DNA of 63,998 nucleotides, the filler included, from Fonticula-like sp. SCN 57-25 (lineage: Eukaryota): assembly GCA_001724245.1 (NCBI GenBank). It is 7 parts of 7 records of this genome, joined end to end, with 100 filler letters (N's around TTAATTAATTAA, not from the genome) between each part and the next. Parts side by side here need not be neighbours in the genome. Positions count along the whole stretch, not along the records: positions 25,803 to 34,248 come from MEDX01000303.1; positions 34,349 to 42,722 come from MEDX01000304.1; 5 more parts are not named here. One strand, 5' to 3'. Below are positions 26,890-39,869 of the stretch, one piece after another. The notes under the pieces are model-generated. The model did no database searches and was not told where the DNA came from. It saw nothing but the letters and a program-made list of their open reading frames with translations. Numbering within the stretch: position 1 is the first letter of the stretch; each line of letters begins with the position of its first letter. A program made the translations under genes and the position numbers.

Positions 26890-29337
26890 TTAAAAGGGGC
26901 TTGCAGGTGAAAGGCACGGCGTCGCCTCCGTGTGGCACTTCTTGTGGCATCTATATCCGCACACTTGGAGCGTGTCAGCAAAGCACCAGAAAGTAAAAGT
27001 TCGTACAGCGGCACTGGTATCCTTGCTTGCCGACCCCGAGCATTTTAGAGTTACAAACATTGCACGACTTGATTGAGTTGTAGTGCTTTGCGCGGAAGTG
27101 GTGGTCGTTGACGACGTGGATTTTCAGATCGCTAATGGACGAGATGGACGAGATGCTCGACATGGTCGTGTTGCGGCTCACCACCGAGATTTCGTCCGAG
27201 TCCATCCGCTGGCCTTGCGGCCTCAAAAGAGTCTGGGACGGTGGCCGCTCCTGCATCAAACCCGCGTGAGCAAGGTGACAGCAGCGCGGTCAAGAGTGCA
27301 TACCGAAAGGGCTTCCTTAAACTCCTCTTCGTCGCTAAACGCCCAATCCTTGGGCTCCTCATCCTCGTCGTCGTCATCGCCCATGTCCGCTTCGGCCGGC
27401 AGACTGACGTCCGGCGGCGTGTACTTTTCCGACATGAACTGCGAGGTCCACTGCGAGAACGTCCCGTTGTGGATCTGCTCGATGACCATCTTGATAAAAA
27501 TGCTGCCGGTCACGTCCTCCTCCTGGCGGCGCGCCATGAGCTTTAGCGTGTGCTCGACGATCCGGTTCGGCGGAATCGACGCAAGCTGCACGCGCGCGTA
27601 GCCCAGGAAATCGTCCGCGCTGCCAAAGTCGTGGTCGTAGAGCGTGAGGACGAGGTCGTCCTGCAGGTCCTGGATCTCGCTGTGCGTCGCCAAAGCGTCA
27701 GTGGCGGCCAAAAAGAAAAGTGCGGGTGCGTACAAGGTCATCTTGTGCTGCCAGATCGGGTTGAGCGTCTTGTTGATATACGGCGTCGACTTTGTCTTGT
27801 TGGAGACGCTCGCCTTGCAGTAGGGGTCGCTGAAGCCGTTGCTGTCCTTGGCCTCGAGGTCCGTGGCGCTCACGATGATGAGGCCCAGCACATACGACAG
27901 GTGCGGGTTGCTGTTCTCCGGAACCGCCAACTTGTCTTCGGTCCCCAGGGACTGCTGCTCGCCGGACGGCAGGAACGAGAGGTTCACCGTCATCGTGCCG
28001 CTCAGGCCCGGCTCGCGCTTGCGGTTCTCGGAAACGACCTCCTTGGTGACGGTCATCGAGCGCTCGCCTTCAATGAGCGGCGTGATCGGGATCGAGAGCA
28101 TGCCCAAAAAGTCGTCCTTGGAGTACTTGTCCCAGTCGTAGATGCGCAGCTTCACTTCCTTGTCGCGGTTGCGCACGTCAAAGTAGAACGACTGGTCCCA
28201 CGTCGGGTTTAGGTTCCGGTAAATGATGCGCGTCTTCTTTTCCACACGGCCAACGGCCACCTTGCAGTACGGGTCGCTGAGGCCGTTGCGGTCGGCGGCG
28301 AGCAGACCGCTTGCGCTGACGACGTGGACGAGAAGCTGGCCGACGATCTGGCGCTTCTTCCTGGCCTTGTTGACGTCCTCCTTGATCGAGCGCTGAAGCG
28401 GAAAGATCTTCACAGCGGGGTTCACAAAGGACTTGGCCACGACGCTGCGAATGGACTTGCGCAGGATCTGCGCCACAAAGTCCTGGTTCTTGTCGTTGAC
28501 CGAGAAGACAATCTTGAGATGAGGCTGCTCCATGAAGCAAACCGACGCGTAGAGCTGGTCGGTCGTGTAAAACTGCAGGCGCATCTGGATAGGAGAGCGA
28601 GTGAGCAACGGAAGCAGCTTTGCAGCGGGGTGCGCACCCTGCCCGTAATCTCCTCGATCTCACCGCTGAGGCTCACATTGACCGACGCGCCGGCAATGTT
28701 GATGGTCGCGTCAATCACCATCGAAAGGCGGCCAATGTAGAAGAAGTGGCAAAACACATTCTGAAGGCACACCAAAGTAAGTCAACGCGATGCCGCAGTG
28801 TTTGCGCCGTACGAGTTCCTTCTGCGAGCCCTCGCCGGGAGTGATGTGGATCCCCTTAAACTCGGGCGCCCTGGTGCCAACGCTGAAGCTCCGCACACTC
28901 AGGCGCGACTAGAGGGCATGGAGTCAGGTATCGACACACGCCGTGCTGTACACGTACCACAATCTTGTTCACCTTGGTCTGGAGCTCGTTGTTGATCTGC
29001 TCGCCGAGACGGTCGGGAAGCTCGGAAAGGCGGACCTCGTTGAACGTGCGCTCCATGATGCTATTAAGCCAAAGCGCGTCCTCTTCCGGCATATCGCCCT
29101 TCACAATGGTATCCTCCAACTTCTATTCTCATCGCAGCAGTTTAGCGCATCTTTCCCCCCAACAAAAAGTGCGCGAACCGTTTTCATGTCGTCCTTGATG
29201 TGCAGCTTCTTGGGGTTGTCGGCCGCCATCCGGACCAAGAGCATCACCATCATAATGGCCGTCTTGTACAGGGCCCAGCTGACGAGAAAGGCCAGCACCA
29301 TGCCGATGCCGAACGACCAATACACATCCTTCTGCAT
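26890..29337 (-). CDS. TM-SMP-C2-C2-C1 membrane contact site lipid-transfer protein, spliced
   Basis: N-terminal TM; EDALWLNSIMER (SMP start), SFSVGTRAPEF; two C2 domains (AADRNGLSDPYC, AKDSNGFSDPYC); C1 domain HHFRAKHY..CNVC..GKQGYQC..CGYRCHKKC. Confidence 0.82.
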
Positions 29338-29755
29338 GGCGGCTCTTTCCAGCGTTGGTCCCGGGGTGCCTGTCTTCCGCTCAGCCTCAACTCAGCAGCC
29401 AAAAAACAAGGACGCTGGTGATTGGTCCGTTTGGAATTCAGCGTCAACCAATCAGTGCGTTCCATTAGCTTCCAAAGGAGGTGGGGAGGATCGACATTCG
29501 ACCGAAGATGGAAACATGCACCTCATGTACGATGAACGCAAATAGACCAAAGGACCAATTCTCTGAAAAATAGCAACATAGGTGCAACTGTCTCTACAGT
29601 CCCAAGGCCATATGATACAGTCTTTATATTGTCTAGTCGCTAGGTGCCGCCAAAACACCCAATGCCAAAATATTACACGGCGATTTAGATTGATAGTATG
29701 GATACAGTAGTGAGTTCACCCGAATGCAGCCTTGCAAGTGATGTGCACGTTGCGT

Positions 29756-31351
29756 CTACGGCCCATGCAAAGCGGTAAAAAACAGGCGCTCGTTGAGGCG
29801 TAGCACAGCGTCGCTCAAAGAGTCGCACGGGAGATGCAGAGAATATAAAAGAAGCTCAATGGATGCAAGGAAGCTGCGCACGCACGCGAGCAGGTGGACC
29901 CCCCGCCGCTTGACGGTCGCCTTGTCGTTGGCGCTCCTCGCCAGTGCCTTCTCCCCAATCAAAACGCGCAGCGCGGCATGCTCAGCGGTCGTGCACGCGC
30001 ACGCATTGCCCGTCGCCTGGGCAGCCGCCCGCAGCATCTCTATCGCGCGCTCCTGCCGCCCATCGACCGAGCGCGCGCCATTCGCGATCGAGCGCCACGC
30101 AAACTCCCAGCGCTGGCTCTCTGACGCGCTGTAAAGAACAAAATCGTCGGCGATGACGTCGACTGTCATCACGCGATTGCCGCGATAATACTCGGAAACC
30201 TGGCTCGGCGAGGGCTCGCGCAGCCACGACATGGCGGCGGCGTACGCCCGCTGGCGGACACTCTGCGACGGTGCCCAGCACGACTCTTCCATCACATCCT
30301 CCGCCATATCTGAGAGGCGGATCGATTTCCTGAGCGCGGGCAAAGGTGAGATAAAGAAAGCGGGCTGAAGGGCGAGGCCGCACCGCTGAATGGCGACGTA
30401 AAAAGAGAGCGCTTCCGGCGGAACGCCCACCAGCTCAGCTGGAATGACGGACCATTGATCAAGCACGCTCAGCAGCAGGTGCACCGTCGCCGGCTGGCCG
30501 TCGGCCATCTGCGGCGGCACCACGAAGGGGTCGTATGTGCTCAGAGCCTTTTGCTCCACGCCAGAGAGCGGCTGCGCTAAAAGATGGTGAATGCGATCAA
30601 CGCATCCCCGGACGCGGGCAGACAGAGACGTCCGGGACGCCTTGCGCGGCGCATAGTCGTTCCCTAGCATGACGCCGAGCAGCGGCAGCCGCGACTGATC
30701 GATCTTGAGGTGCGTCGCCAGGGAGCTTGACGAATACCCCTGCCCAATAACAGTCCCTTCAAAGACCTTGAGCTCATAGTGAGGGATGACGGCGGGGCAC
30801 GCGCAAAGCAAAAAGTCGGAATCATTGCTGGGGATCAAATGTCAGCGAAGTCGCCAAAGATCAAACTCGACGCACCTGATGATGGTCAGCGAAAAGGCGG
30901 CGGCCAGAGACGCAATGTAGCGATCGGCGTCGTCAATGCAACAGAAAAACGGGCAGCCTCGCTCGCGCAGCCGGTTCTGCACGGCGACGGTGAGGCAGCG
31001 CACGCTGATCCGCGCCTTGCGCAATGCCTCGGTCCACACCTTGACTCCCGCCGGGATCCGCTTACAGAGGGCCTCGACTTCGGCAAACTTTTTCTCAGAC
31101 CGCTCGCTTATGACGCGCATCTTGTCTAGCGGCGGCGCGCCGTCGAATATAAAGAGCGGGTGCACGTCGCCCCCAGCGCACGTCTCTAGAAACGCGTCTA
31201 CCTCGTCGAGAACGGCGCTGGCATCCTGCACGTCGTCGCATGAGTAGATCCAGTTGAGCCCGTCAACGAGGACAACTTCTCCATGCGCGTACTCGTGGCG
31301 CGTCGGGCGCAGCTCATCGCGCACATAGCTGCTCAGCCCCGGCACACCCAT
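29756..31351 (-). CDS. ASTE1: Asteroid/XPG-like PIN-domain nuclease, one intron
   Basis: MGVPGLSSYV, LVDG, FIFDG, DADRYIA, SNDSDF, MLGNDY. Confidence 0.8.
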
Positions 31352-31446
31352 CTAACCATACGCACAGATGGCGCGCGATCTTTCATCAAACACCGCGCGT
31401 CAGCAATGTGTCAACATTCGCACTAGCACGTGACGCTGCGGCGACG

Positions 31447-32927
31447 ATGAGCGATGATGAGCAGCGCGAAAAGCGCGCCAAAATAAAAAAGATCCTAGAG
31501 GACGCCTCCATCCCGGCGAGCGAAAAGCAGCGGCATATTCAGGTACGCCGTCGTTTAGCCAACGCGTTCTTGCTAAGTGTCTGCCGCGATTACAGGCGGT
31601 CGTTTCGACGTTTGTCGGCTTCGAGCAGCCAGCGCCGACGCCGGATCCGTCGCGCGAGGAGCCCCCGCTGCCCTCGGGGCCCGAGTCCTGCGTGCACTAC
31701 CAGAGCAAGGCGAGCATACTGGCGCCATGCTGTAACAAATGGTTTCCATGCCGGCAGTGCCACGACGAGGCGGCGGACCACAAGCTTGATCGGTGCGCAT
31801 GTCGCGCTGTCGGTCAGCATTGCTAACGCAGGCGGGTAGATACATCACATCCCGCATGTACTGCCGGGACTGTCGCACGCCACAGCCGGTATCGCAAACG
31901 TGCAACAATAGCGAGTGCGGTGTGCAGGTACGATGCCGTTTGCCTTGCCTATCCTCGGCTCACCGCCCGTGCAGATGGCAAAGTACTACTGCGCCGTGTG
32001 CCATCTTTGGGAGGATGGTGACAGGAGCATTTACCACTGCGACGCGTGCCGCATCTGCCGCATTGGAAAGGGTCTTGGAATTGACTATTTTCACTGCACA
32101 GTCTGCGACGCGTGCCTCACCATTTCTTCCCGCGAGTCGCACCAGTGCGTCGCCGCCCACCTCTGTGCATTGAGCCTAACGCGCCGCCGCCCAATCTAGG
32201 TGCCGCGAAAACGTCATGCGCGGTAATTGTTGCATTTGTCATGACGACCTATTTACGTCGACGCAGAGCGTCGTGTTTATGGTGCGTCGCTTGATATGTT
32301 TATGCTGCTGTGCTGACAGCCGTGAACAGCGATGCGGGCATCCAGTACACGGCAATTGCATGGCACTAATCCGCGGCGGCTCCTGCCCCATCTGCCGCAA
32401 GTCTATGTCTGTACGCTTTCCGCTCGCCCTTTTTTCTATCCGCAGCTGACGCACACCGCCAGTCCCCAGCCGCTCTCCGGAGCATCCTCGAGGACATGCT
32501 GCGCACGATACAAGTTCCCACCGAGTTTGCCAATTGGAAGGCGCGCATTTTTTGCAATGACTGCTACGCCACGAGCGAGGTCAGAGAGACGTTTGAGTTG
32601 TACCAGTGCTCGACGTGCAAGAGTTTCAACACAGCGCGCCAGGCACGCATTCCGCCGCCACCAGACGCGGCGGCCAACCCGGGTGAGGCAAGTGCCGTGC
32701 CTACAAATGCCGACGCCAGCGCGGCACCAACAAACCCCGACGCCAGCGCGGCACCAACTAACCCCGACGCAAGTGCTGCGCCAACAAATGTCGACGCCAG
32801 TGTCATGTCAACAAATGTTGACGCCGGTGCCGAATCCGATTCATGGGAGAGCGATATGAGCTCATCCAGTGGGGCCTCTTCTGACCTTGGTGACGAGTCA
32901 GACGACGGCAGCGACAGCGAAATATAA
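31447..32927 (+). CDS. RCHY1: RING finger and CHY zinc finger protein (Pirh2-like), spliced
   Basis: CVHY..APCCNKWFPCRQCHDE, YYCAVCHLW, YHCDACRICRIG, CCICHDDLF..CGHPVH..CPICRKS, IFCNDC..CSTCKSFNT. Confidence 0.9.
32700..32830 (+). repeat. 27-bp coding tandem repeat (PTNxDASAA, about 5 copies) in the RCHY1 tail
   Basis: ccaacaaaccccgacgccagcgcggca-like units repeated. Confidence 0.85.
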
Positions 32928-33063
32928 GCTGGCCGCGTCCCACATGAATTAATACGAATTATATACTTTAAATATTTGAACTGCTTTCCAAACTGATTTC
33001 GTATTAAATTTCCACACCTATAAAGAAAGTACAAATGGTTTGATTGCGTATATCGTGTCACGT

Positions 33064-34142
33064 TCACGACGAAGCGGAGGCGCCCGAGAGCCCCGACTTC
33101 TTCTTCTCGGCCTCCTTGGCCTCGAGCTCGGCCTCGATGGCGGCAACTGTCGACTCGATCTCCTCGGCAGCCATATACTATTTTCGCACGTGAGCACACA
33201 TGCAGAGCGGAAAGCGAGGAGCGCACCTTGATATGGTCGTCAGAGGTCATGATGGCGATTTCGATATTCTTGGCTCCAGACTGGACGACCTGCTTGGGGT
33301 GAGCAAGGGCGAGAAAAAATAAAATAAGAGCGCACCTCGAGGAGCGAGCGAATGGCAAGCTTAACCGAGGCGGTGACGTCCATGTCGTCGGCGTAGTTCT
33401 TCTCGAGGAACTCGAGGACGGTCTTGCTGTTGCGGCCGAGCGCGTTGGCCTTCCACGCGTGGTAGATGCCCGACGGCTCCGTCTGGTAGAGCTTCGGCTC
33501 ACCTCCTGGGCGGTCAAAGCCGGCGATCAGCATGGCAATACCAAAGGGGCGCGCGCCACCACGTTGCGTGTATTTCTGCAGGAGGGGAATAGCGGCGGTT
33601 AGTGCATGGTGAGCGGGACTTAAACGAGACGAACCTGCTGGACATTGGCGATATACCGAGTGACATACTCGACCGTGATGCGGTCCTCCACCTGCAGCTT
33701 GTGGCTCTGGCACTCCACGCGGGCCTTGTCGGTGAGGACGCGCGCGTCGGCGGTCATGCCTACAGTCGCGAGCGCGAGTTAATAATCGAGATGAAACGAG
33801 TGGGCCAAGGGGGGCACGGACCGGCAAAGGCCATCAGAATGTGCTCGTCAAGCATTACAAGCTTGCGCATCGTGCGGGGATCCTGGAGCTTCGGTACTGT
33901 CTTCTTCTCGATGCCGAGAACGACGCAGTTGGCACCACGAACGCCGACCTTTTTTCGAGGAAGCACATCACGTTAGCCGCGAAGGGGATTCAGGGATGAA
34001 GGCAAAACGGCAAAAGCGAGAGCAAATAAAAACAAACTCGTACCAATGTGTTACCGCGGCGAACCGCCTCCATGGCATACTCGACCTGGAAAAGGTGGCC
34101 ATCCGGCGAGAACACCGTCAAGGCGCGATCGTAGCCCGACAT
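33064..34142 (-). CDS. PSMA7: 20S proteasome subunit alpha-4 (PSMA7/PRE6), spliced
   Basis: [62 protein letters not shown]. Confidence 0.95.
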
Positions 34143-34248
34143 GGTGCTGATCTTTTCGAGGTGCGCAAAAGAATACGCACTTTCAAAATCGCATGCGATT
34201 TTATTTTGCTGACCCATATGCTGACTGCGCATAACGATCCAAGAACTC

Positions 34249-34348
34249 NNNNNNNNNNNNNNNNNNNNNNNNNNNNNNNNNNNNNNNNNNNNTTAATTAA
34301 TTAANNNNNNNNNNNNNNNNNNNNNNNNNNNNNNNNNNNNNNNNNNNN
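34249..34348. other. Artificial contig spacer
   Basis: N44-TTAATTAATTAA-N44. Confidence 0.99.
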
Positions 34349-34730
34349 TTCCTGCTCGTAGTTGGTCGAGACGTCCACCAGTTTAACGGCGTCCAAAAAT
34401 AACTGCCCTTGGCCGTTCACTAACCGCCCAAGCGCCTGCAGGCTTTGGCCCAAGACTATTTTGCCACTCCACGAGTCATACGCCGACATGGATGTTACGT
34501 CGACCGGTATTACGCCGGTCCCGTCATCAATAAAGAACGTTGTGGGGCTCTCGACGGCGACGACGATCCCCTTTGCAACGATGTGAGCACAAGATCGCGC
34601 GCCATCCGCCCCGCACCTGTATCCAGATTCGCTCGCTTGGATGCGCCGACTCGAACACCAAGAACCGAAGCCACCCCTTGGCGTAGGTGTGGTCCGGCAG
34701 CAGCTGCAGCTGCGCCGACGCCGCTGACAT
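34349..34730 (-). CDS. RMI2: OB-fold protein, RMI2-like, 3' truncated
   Basis: Spliced RIWIQ|GIVV, IDDGTG, AVKLVDVS match the RMI2 pattern. Confidence 0.6.
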
Positions 34731-34829
34731 GCCCGCGAGGCAAACTGCAATCTTCTGGTGGGATGGTGATTAGACTTTGCTGATGGTCATCAGATAGTGG
34801 TTAGTGGACTGCGCAGATCGACGAGGAGC

Positions 34830-35631
34830 ATGTCGGACGGGGGCAGCCTGGAGGTGAGCGCCTCGCGGGCGGGGCAGTTGGCAGAGCAGGCTCGTGCCGA
34901 GATAGACCGCCTAGAGTCGCAGAACACCTCCATCTCGATGCAGGAGTATGGTACGCGCACACCGTCACCTTTGGTCGGTGCTGACCGCCTTGCCCCAGCC
35001 GCAATCACAAACACTCTCTCGTCGCTACGTCGCCAGGTGAAACAGACGCAGTCGCTATCGCAAAGGGAGATCGTGGCGGAGAAGCGCCAGCGTGCCAAGG
35101 AACTTGCGAGCAAGTTGAATGAAGAGTTGACGCAGCTGCAGCAGCGGTGCGATCGGCTGCGGCCGGCTCCGTCGTCGGGGAGCAACTCGCCTGCCCTGCA
35201 TTCGCAGGGATCGCGCGCGTCCGACATGGACACTGAGGAGCTTTTTCGGAGAACGAATGGGGAGCGCGCGACTGTCAGGATGGACACGTCGATCCAAATA
35301 TCGGATAGAATTTTGCAGGAGAGGGACTCGATGTACCGCGCAGCGAGCCAGATCGACGACTACATCGCCTCGGGCGCCAACACATTATCCTCGTTACAGA
35401 ATCAGCGTAGCACATTAAAGGTATGTAATCCTATTGCTTTCATTTGGGTACTAAACGTTCCTTGGCTAGACGGCGCAGCGGAAATTGCTCGATGCTGCGA
35501 ATGTGATCGGGCTCTCTGGGCACGTCATTCGTCTCATCGAACACCGATCTCGCCAGGACGTATGGATCCTTCGCATTGGCGTTGTTGTAACCCTCATCAT
35601 CATGTTGCTTGCATATATATACCTGTTGTAA
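34830..35631 (+). CDS. GOSR2: Golgi Qb-SNARE membrin/Bos1
   Basis: IDDYIASGANTLSSLQNQRSTLK|..KLLDAANVIGLSGHVIRLIEHRSRQD followed by a C-terminal TM. Confidence 0.9.
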
Positions 35632-35710
35632 TAGACGAAAATAAAGTGATCCTTACCTGTGATGCAAACTGGGATTCAGTTTGCTCTATTCTGTCATTGT
35701 CACGATCACG

Positions 35711-36691
35711 ATGGCCGCGCCCGCCATCGAAGTGTGCGATCTCACCTTTCGCTACAACCATGGCGAGGACCCCGTGTTTGACGGCCTCTCGCTGAAGCTT
35801 CCCGCTGGCAGCCGCTGCCTGATGGTATGCAGCTCTCTGGAGAGGTCGATTTCTAACATATCCTAGGTCGGCTCGAACGGCGCCGGCAAGTCGACGTTCC
35901 TGCGCATCCTGGCAGGCGTTCACATGGTGCCGGAAAAGGCGGTGCTCGTCCATGGACGGTCGGCTTTCCACGATACCCTTTTCTCCAATATGAATGTTGC
36001 GTTTCTTGGCGACGTGTGGCACCGCACCGTCCCGTGGGTAAGCACCGGTGTCCCGTACTCTGCCGACGTTCCTGTTTGGCAGATGGTCAACAACATAAAG
36101 GAGCATGATCCGGTCCGGCGCGACCGGCTCGTGCAGATCCTCGACATTAACCCAGAGTGGCGTATGCATGCCGTGTCGGACGGACAGCGTAAACGAGTCA
36201 TGATCATGCTCAAGCTGCTTCGCCCGTACTCGGTCCTGCTGCTCGACGAAGTTACTACGCACCTCGACGTTATCTCGAGGCAAGACTTTTTGGACTTTCT
36301 CAGGTACTGCGAGTCGCCTGTTCTATGCATGTATCACGTTTGCTGACAATACTTTTGCCAGGGCTGAAGCGGAAGACCGCGGCGCCACGATCGTGTACGC
36401 CACGCATATCTTTGACGGGCTCGAAGACTGGGCATCGCACATGATCTACCTGTCAAAGGGTGCGGCGACTATTTCACTTTTTAGTATAGTATGGCATAGA
36501 CTAATGCATTGTGTTGCCAAATAGGCCGCGTGCAACGCTTTTCACTCATGGATGAGGTGACCGAGCTCAAGGAGCGTCGCGCCAAGGGAGAGTCATCCGC
36601 ACTGATGCGCGTGGTGGAAAAGTGGCTTCGCGATGAGCGCAAAGAGGAAGGAGAACGGCCCAAGTTCACCAAATTTGAGCCGCAGGTATAA
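35711..36691 (+). CDS. CAF16: Soluble ABC ATPase, CAF16/ABCI19-21-like, spliced
   Basis: [51 protein letters not shown]. Confidence 0.88.
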
Positions 36692-36786
36692 CAGCAAATC
36701 ACCCACACACTCAGACCCATTGCCCCCCCCCATGTGCATAATAAAAGGAATGTTAAATTGCCTCAATTGTATGTGCAGGTTACTAC

Positions 36787-37553
36787 TTACACAACAGTGC
36801 CCGAGGCCGAAGCAATACGGGGCCACATCTCAGCGCACTCCTTGGCGACCGGGCCAGTGATGGCCGAGCCCTTCATCTCACCCTTGGGGTTGACGATGAC
36901 GCCAGCGTTGTCTGAACGAGATTGAATCAGCAAAACAAAGTAGGTTCACACTCTCAGCGTACCCTCGAAGTAGAGGAAAATACCATCGCGACGGCGCCAG
37001 GGTTTCCGCTGACGGACAACGACGGCGGGGTGCACTAGAAACGATGACGATGAGAAACTTTAAAGATTCAAATCGAATCAGGCGTACCCTTCTTGCGGAG
37101 CTCCGGCTTACCCTTCTTAACGGTAGCCATCACCATGTCGCCGGGGCACGCAGCCGGAAGGCGGTTGAGGCGCGCGCCGGTCTTGTTCACAGCAATGATG
37201 TACAGGTTCTTGGCACCGCTGTTGTCGGCGCAGTTGATAACCGCACCGACGGGGAGACCGACGGCCATCCTGAACTTGGTGCCCGTCGAGCCGGACGCTA
37301 CAATAAAGCATGTCAGACACAGTTCACGCACGGATGACCAGGCAGCTAGCGAGCAGACGCCGCGGATGGGCGGATGCACTGGATGCGCGCATCCATCCGT
37401 CGAGTTGGGCTTCGGGAACGTCTAACCCAGCATCCGACCCCAACTCAACGGCATAGACACCTGTGCGCACATCCGGCACTCCGCCCAGCCCGAACCATCC
37501 GCTCGCGTAGCGCCGAAACCCCCAGAATCCGCCTGCGTACCCTTCTGAGCCAT
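36787..37553 (-). CDS. RPL23: 60S ribosomal protein uL14, spliced
   Basis: [56 protein letters not shown]. Confidence 0.97.
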
Positions 37554-37713
37554 GGTAGCGGAGTCTGGATGTGAAAGAGGATGCACAAGCTGCGAAACGC
37601 AAACTTACATCCAATAGTGGATTAGACGCGAACCGATTTTCCCTATTGGATGGATTACGGAAATCGTGTTCGCGTTTCTTTCCTATGCAAACTGCACTAG
37701 CAAACTGACCACG

Positions 37714-38907
37714 ATGCGAGGCAAGATGGCGGTGGCGCGGCCCAAGGCGGTCAGCCGCAAGCCGGCGCGGCCATCGAAGCAGGACGACATTGAAATAGTC
37801 AAGGCTACTCGTGACATTAAGGTTCACACCCCCGCCCAGGGCTTTTCGGACGAGGATGAGGAGGACGACGACGTCGTTTTGGGAGGCGAGGTGATGGACG
37901 AAGACATGTCTGACGACTCGGCCGCTGGCTCTTCCGATGAAAGCGACAATGACCAAGTCTTTGACGACGTTCCTGCATCTGCATCGTTACCCCGTGGCTC
38001 AATGGCCGGCGTTGCGAACGCAATGTCCGCCCTGCTCAACCAAAATATGCCGCAAGTCGAGGTGCGTTTGTGTTCATCTCATGTCACTGTTCGTGCAGTC
38101 GCTGTCTACATCTATGTAAACGCAACCTGTATCTTCCAATTGGATGCAAATTCCACAAATACGTTTGTGGTTTTTGCGGTGTCCTTTTGGATCATGTGTC
38201 GTTGCAATAGTATGTGCGTGCTTACGAGGCTGGCATGAGCACGTGGTGCATGCCGGCGTCCAAATGCGCGTCAAATTTCTCTTTCCCTTTTTGAATACAC
38301 GAGTATGCATACGTGTGTGTATGCGTGCGTAATGCATGTGCATATGCGTATGTTAGAGTGTAGTGTCTGTATTTTTCGTTTCGCGGCTTTATGCGGCCTC
38401 GTTTTGTGACTCCCTCCCAGTTTCCAATACTAACGAACTGTGCGTAGGCGCCTATTCTCGCCAAGGAACGCTCGCGTGCGCACGAGATTGAAAAGGAGAA
38501 GCGCGAGTACAAGGAGCGCAAGGCGGCTGCTCACGAGCGTCGCATGTTGCGGATAAAGGAACACGTTGAAGTGACGTCGTACTCTGCCGTGCACGAGAAG
38601 CTGCTGAGGCGCGTCTCGACGCGTGGTGGTGCGTTTAGACTATATTTCAATGTTGCTGTTTGCTCACAAGGTTTCTTTAGTTGTCAAGCTGTTCAATGCT
38701 ATCAATCAGCAGCAGCGCGTCATCGAAAACGCCGTAAGTAAGACGAAAACCAGCACGGAACGCGAAAAGGTGGCCCAGCTCAGCCAGCAGGGCTTCCTCG
38801 ACCTGCTCAAGACGACGGGCGAGGCCAAACCCGCCGCCGCTGCTGCGCCCAAGTCTAGCTTCCTTTTGCCCCGTGCCGCTGAGAGCGAATTCGACGCTGC
38901 CGTCTAA
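37714..38907 (+). CDS. RRP15: RRP15-like ribosome biogenesis protein, spliced
   Basis: Acidic N-terminus; EKLLRRVSTRG|VVKLFNAINQQQ; LSQQGFLDLLK. Confidence 0.8.
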
Positions 38908-39440
38908 CTGGTGCACTGTTTGAATTTTTGCAGCGACGTTGGTGCAGACGCCGCCCGCTCATTGTTGTATACGTTTGTAATCGTCTCATTCATGGTGCAA
39001 TATGTACAGACATTTTTGGCTAGATGACCGCCGTCACTCTTATGATTCCGGCAAAGGTTAAAGGTCATAACAAGTTACTTATCGAATCAATAAAAAATAG
39101 CAACGTTGATATATTCCTTTCCTATTACGCTCCTTTTTTCTTATGCTATGCCACACACATTACCATGTCTTTTTTTGACATAGTTTTGACTTGATGCAAG
39201 CAGTCTCTGATCAAAAGTTCAAATCTACAGTGTTGTGACAAGGTTGTGACAAAGCGCGCCAAAACCTTTGGCGCCATATTTTTGTCTGCGCGCCTGTCTG
39301 CCTCCTGCAGATCAGTCCTGGCCGCCTGCGTCCCCAGCCGAGGCAAGTAACTCTAGCTTGTGGTGAAACAGACCCAGGGTGGTTTATACTATTTCTACCT
39401 CTTTTAATTCCCGGATCATTGCCCTGCGCCTACTATAGCC

Positions 39441-39869
39441 ATGGTGAGCATGCTCCATGTCCTTTCTCGGCTGCGGTCGCACTTGATTGCGCGCACAGAG
39501 AACAAGCTCGACGAAATCTCCTCCCTTCACTTGCCACAGGCTTGCCTGTCGCCGCTCGCGCGCGAGGTATTGCTTTCCAACCAGCTGGCTGTTTTGCGGG
39601 GCGACGACCCGGATCAGCTTTTCTTGCCCTCGGCCAAGGAGATGCTGGAGCAAAGGCGCATGCGCAATGCCGCCATCTACGATGCCAGCGCGCGCCTCAA
39701 AGCGTACCAGGGGCACGTTGACGTTGACGACTTTGAGAGCGACAGCGATGAGGACGAGGGCGTTTTCTCGTTGAAACGCGATCGCGAAGAGTTTGATGAT
39801 GTGGAGCAGGAACGCAAGTCCATGTTTACCAAGAAGGTTTGCTACGAGCCATTTCTTCTTTCAATTTAA
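39441..39869 (+). CDS. Hypothetical protein
   Basis: GC-rich 142-aa ORF within AT-rich flanks. No family recognised. Confidence 0.45.
   Translation: MVSMLHVLSRLRSHLIARTENKLDEISSLHLPQACLSPLAREVLLSNQLAVLRGDDPDQLFLPSAKEMLEQRRMRNAAIYDASARLKAYQGHVDVDDFESDSDEDEGVFSLKRDREEFDDVEQERKSMFTKKVCYEPFLLSI

Noticed and set aside
30838-30890. Apparent stop/frameshift splitting the Asteroid-like gene
   Set aside because: Explained by a short GTGCGT...AG intron with a CTGAC branch point, so it is not a pseudogene.
32564-33517. 317-aa minus-strand ORF
   Set aside because: Composite of off-frame PSMA7 sequence and the RCHY1 antisense strand.
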